The notes beneath the pieces are model-generated. The model made no database searches and was not told the DNA's origin. It saw only the letters and a program-made list of their open reading frames with translations. A program made the position numbers and the translations under genes. From an uncultured Verrucomicrobiota bacterium (GTDB lineage Bacteria; Verrucomicrobiota; Verrucomicrobiia; Limisphaerales; CAIMTB01), in the NCBI GenBank assembly GCA_964476125.1, contig CAYZAE010000003.1:25804-89803 (forward strand): 64,000 nucleotides of DNA, given 5' to 3'. Shown here piece after piece: positions 61,322 to 64,000 of this stretch (the stretch's first letter is position 1; every line of letters starts with the position of its first letter).

Positions 61322-64000
61322 ATGAGACGCCGCCGCGTCCACGGATTTCCGCCGGGCGCGAGTGCGGCGAACGCAGGAAATCCCGCGGTGGAATCGAGCG
61401 CCGCGGTGCTCTGCGCCTCGGTGGCCAAGCCCAGGACGGGCGGGGTGGGATCGCTGGACGCCATCTTTCATCCGCACGCCATCACGGTGATTGGAGCCAC
61501 CGAACGTCCCGGGAGTGTCGGACGCGCTGTTCTCCAGAATCTGGCCCAGTTCGGTGGGCCGGTTTTTCCGGTCAACCCGAACCGGCCGACGGTGCTGGGG
61601 CGTCGATGCCATCCTTCCGTGGCTGCGATCGGCGAGAAGCCTGATCTGGCCATTGTCGCCACTCCGGCGGCTTCGGTGCCCGGCGTGATCCGGGAATGCG
61701 CCGCCGCGGGAATTTCAGCGGCGGTCATCCTTTCCGCCGGCTTCAAGGAGACGGGGCCGGCGGGGGCGCGGCTTGAGGCGGAGGTTTTGGCGGAGGCCCG
61801 CAAGGCCCGGATGCGCCTTATCGGCCCGAATTGCCTGGGGGTGATGGTGCCGTCGATGAAGCTGAACGCCACTTTTGCGGCCACCATGGCCCGGCCGGGC
61901 TCGGTGGCCTTCCTGAGCCAGAGCGGCGCGCTTTGTTCCTCGGTGCTCGACTGGAGCCACCGGGAACACGTCGGGTTCAGTGGATTTGTTTCGACGGGTT
62001 CGATGCTCGACGTGGGGTGGGGCGATCTCATCTACCACTTTGGCGATGATCCGCACACCCGCTGCATCGTGCTTTATCTGGAGACGGTCGGCGACGCGCG
62101 CAGCTTCCTTTCCGCGGCCCGCGAGGTGGCGCTGAGCAAACCGGTGATCGTGCTCAAGGTGGGGCGTTCGGAAGTCGCGGCCAAGGCGGCCATGTCCCAC
62201 ACCGGCTCCATGGCGGGGAGCGATGACGTGCTTGACGCCGCCTTCCGAAGGGTCGGGGTGCTGCGCGTCGACACCATCTCCGAGTTGTTCGACATGGCGG
62301 AGATCCTGGGCAAGCAGCCGCGGCCGGCGGGTCCGCGCCTTGCCATCCTGACCAACGCCGGTGGCCCCGGGGCGCTTGCGGCCGACATGCTGGTGAACCG
62401 CGGCGGGGAGATTGCGAACCTGTCGCCGGAGTGCGTCATCGAGCTGGAGAAGATCCTTCCCGCCCACTGGAGCCACGGGAACCCCGTCGACCTGCTGGGC
62501 TCGGCAACCCCCGAGATCTACGCCCGGGCGGCGGAGATCGTGTCGGCGGATCCGGCGAACGACGGGTTGCTGGTGGTGTTGACGCCCCAGGCGGAGACGG
62601 ATGCCCGCGGCACGGCGGATGCGCTGCGTCGGGCGAAGCTGGTGCCGAACAAGCCGGTGCTGGCCAGTTGGATGGGGGGGGCGGCGGTGGAGGAGGGGCG
62701 GCGCATTCTGAACGAGTCGGGATTGCCGACCACGGATTATCCGGACGATGCGGCGGCGTCGTTCTGCCACATGTGGCGCCACAGTTATCAGTTGCGGGCG
62801 CTCTACGAGACGCCGCCGAAGGTGGCCGATCTCCAGGGCAGGGACATCAATCGGGCGCGGACGGCCGAGATCATCAAGACGGTGCGTGCGGCGGACCGGA
62901 CGCTTCTGACGGAGGTGGAATCCAAGGAGCTTCTGGCGACGTACGACATTCCGGTTTCGCAGACGCAGATTGCTTTGAGCGAGAGCGAGGCGGTGCGGAT
63001 CGCGAACCGTCTGGGTTACCCGGTGGTGTTGAAGCTTTATTCGCACACCCTGACCCACAAGACGGAGGTGGGCGGTGTGCAGTTGAATCTGCGGAACCCG
63101 ATCGCCGTCCGCGAGGCCTGGCGTTCGATCGAGACGCATGTCGCGGAACGGGCGCATCGCGATGATTTCCTGGGTGTCACGGTGCAGCCGATGATCGTGC
63201 ACAATGGATTTGAACTCATTCTGGGCAGCACCCTGGACCTGCAGTTCGGGCCGGTGCTGTTGTTCGGCACGGGGGGCCGGTTTGTGGAGATCTTCCGTGA
63301 CCGGGCCCTGGGTCTCCCGCCGCTGAATGCCACGCTGGCGCTTCGGCTGATGGAGCAGACGCGGGTTTTCCAGGCCCTGCGCGGGGGTCGGGGCCGGAGC
63401 GCGATCGATCTTGCGGCCCTGGAGGCGCTGCTCGTGCGGTTCAGCTATCTCGTGGTGGAGCATCCCGGGATTGCGGAGATCGACATCAACCCGCTCATCG
63501 TCGCCTCGGACCGGCAGGTGGTTGTGGATGCCCGGGTTGTGCTTCACCCGCCCGACATTGATGCGGCGACCCTGCCGCGTGCCGCGATCCGGCCGTACCC
63601 GAACCAGTATGTGACGCGCCGGAAGCTCAAGGACGGCACCGCGGTCACGATCCGCCCGATTCTTCCGGAGGACGAGCCGAGGTTGGTGGAGTTCCACAAG
63701 ACCCTGTCGGACCGGAGCGTTTACAACCGGTATTTTGTTCCGCTGAAGCTCAGCGAGCGCATCGCGCACGAGCGGTTGGTGCGGGTTTGTTTCAGTGATT
63801 ACGACCGGGAGATACCCCTGGTGGCGGAGGTGCGGCCGGATCCCCAGGCGCCTTCGCAGATTGTCGGCATCGGCCGCCTGAGCCGGGAGCACCTGCGCAA
63901 CGAGGGGGAGTTCGCCTTGATCGTTTCGGACGCCTGCCAGGGCAGGGGACTGGGCCGGCAGTTGCTGGAACTCCTGATCCAGGTGGCGCGTGACGAGCAG
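61322..64000 (+). CDS. Bifunctional ADP-forming acetyl-CoA synthetase-like / GNAT N-acetyltransferase (Pat/PatZ-type), 3'-truncated by the window edge
   Basis: It is absent from the ORF track because it has no in-window stop. My own translation gives [30 protein letters not shown]...[37 protein letters not shown]...LIGPNCLGV (CoA-binding/ligase-CoA). An ATP-grasp region follows ([16 protein letters not shown]...[10 protein letters not shown]). Then comes a GNAT region ([29 protein letters not shown]...[17 protein letters not shown]). The frame is open to nt 64000. The start is ATG 61322 or GTG 61388, which has AGGAAA upstream. Confidence 0.88.
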   Translation, partial: MRRRRVHGFPPGASAANAGNPAVESSAAVLCASVAKPRTGGVGSLDAIFHPHAITVIGATERPGSVGRAVLQNLAQFGGPVFPVNPNRPTVLGRRCHPSVAAIGEKPDLAIVATPAASVPGVIRECAAAGISAAVILSAGFKETGPAGARLEAEVLAEARKARMRLIGPNCLGVMVPSMKLNATFAATMARPGSVAFLSQSGALCSSVLDWSHREHVGFSGFVSTGSMLDVGWGDLIYHFGDDPHTRCIVLYLETVGDARSFLSAAREVALSKPVIVLKVGRSEVAAKAAMSHTGSMAGSDDVLDAAFRRVGVLRVDTISELFDMAEILGKQPRPAGPRLAILTNAGGPGALAADMLVNRGGEIANLSPECVIELEKILPAHWSHGNPVDLLGSATPEIYARAAEIVSADPANDGLLVVLTPQAETDARGTADALRRAKLVPNKPVLASWMGGAAVEEGRRILNESGLPTTDYPDDAAASFCHMWRHSYQLRALYETPPKVADLQGRDINRARTAEIIKTVRAADRTLLTEVESKELLATYDIPVSQTQIALSESEAVRIANRLGYPVVLKLYSHTLTHKTEVGGVQLNLRNPIAVREAWRSIETHVAERAHRDDFLGVTVQPMIVHNGFELILGSTLDLQFGPVLLFGTGGRFVEIFRDRALGLPPLNATLALRLMEQTRVFQALRGGRGRSAIDLAALEALLVRFSYLVVEHPGIAEIDINPLIVASDRQVVVDARVVLHPPDIDAATLPRAAIRPYPNQYVTRRKLKDGTAVTIRPILPEDEPRLVEFHKTLSDRSVYNRYFVPLKLSERIAHERLVRVCFSDYDREIPLVAEVRPDPQAPSQIVGIGRLSREHLRNEGEFALIVSDACQGRGLGRQLLELLIQVARDEQ

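Noticed and set aside
61715-63892. 725-aa minus-strand ORF at the right end of the window
   Set aside because: The + strand frame, absent from the track only because it lacks an in-window stop, encodes a clear ACS-like/GNAT protein. The minus-strand product is featureless and Arg-rich.

Overview
The window is visibly GC-rich (about two-thirds G+C by eye, not computed) and densely coding. The gene content points to a PVC-superphylum bacterium, most likely Verrucomicrobiota. That call rests on a PVC-type CxxCH heme-binding dehydrogenase, tandem CRTAC1/ASPIC-UnbV proteins, a prepilin-type H-X9-DG protein and LamG/PA14/DUF1080 secreted proteins, and it is an inference.

I support about 55 CDS. 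Three are invisible in the ORF track: an lmo0937-family gene and a DUF3309 gene (both under 60 aa), and a 3'-truncated Pat-like gene that runs off the window.

- **Housekeeping genes:** pyrG, folC, tex, hisD-hisC, sucB-lpdA, metF, purU and a MacAB-type ABC efflux trio.
- **Other modules:**
  - a small-protein stress cluster (lmo0937 family, Hsp20, YqjD/E/K-like, receiver-only response regulator, DUF3309);
  - an envelope glycosylation trio;
  - a TPR-CRTAC1-CRTAC1 operon;
  - several large secreted lectin-fold proteins.
- **Not found by eye:** rRNA, tRNA, CRISPR arrays, transposases or integrases.

The best candidate for something unusual is the complex I-type operon at 36.9-48.4 kb.

- It has no NuoE/F/G input module.
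- It encodes four antiporter-like pump subunits instead of three.
- An unassigned 86-aa two-helix protein sits between the pump genes.
- The subunit with the NuoL-type lateral helix has Asn in place of the conserved TM7 Lys.
- A GltD-like Fe-S flavoprotein gene lies immediately downstream.

Many very long antisense ORFs in the track are GC-driven shadow ORFs and were rejected.
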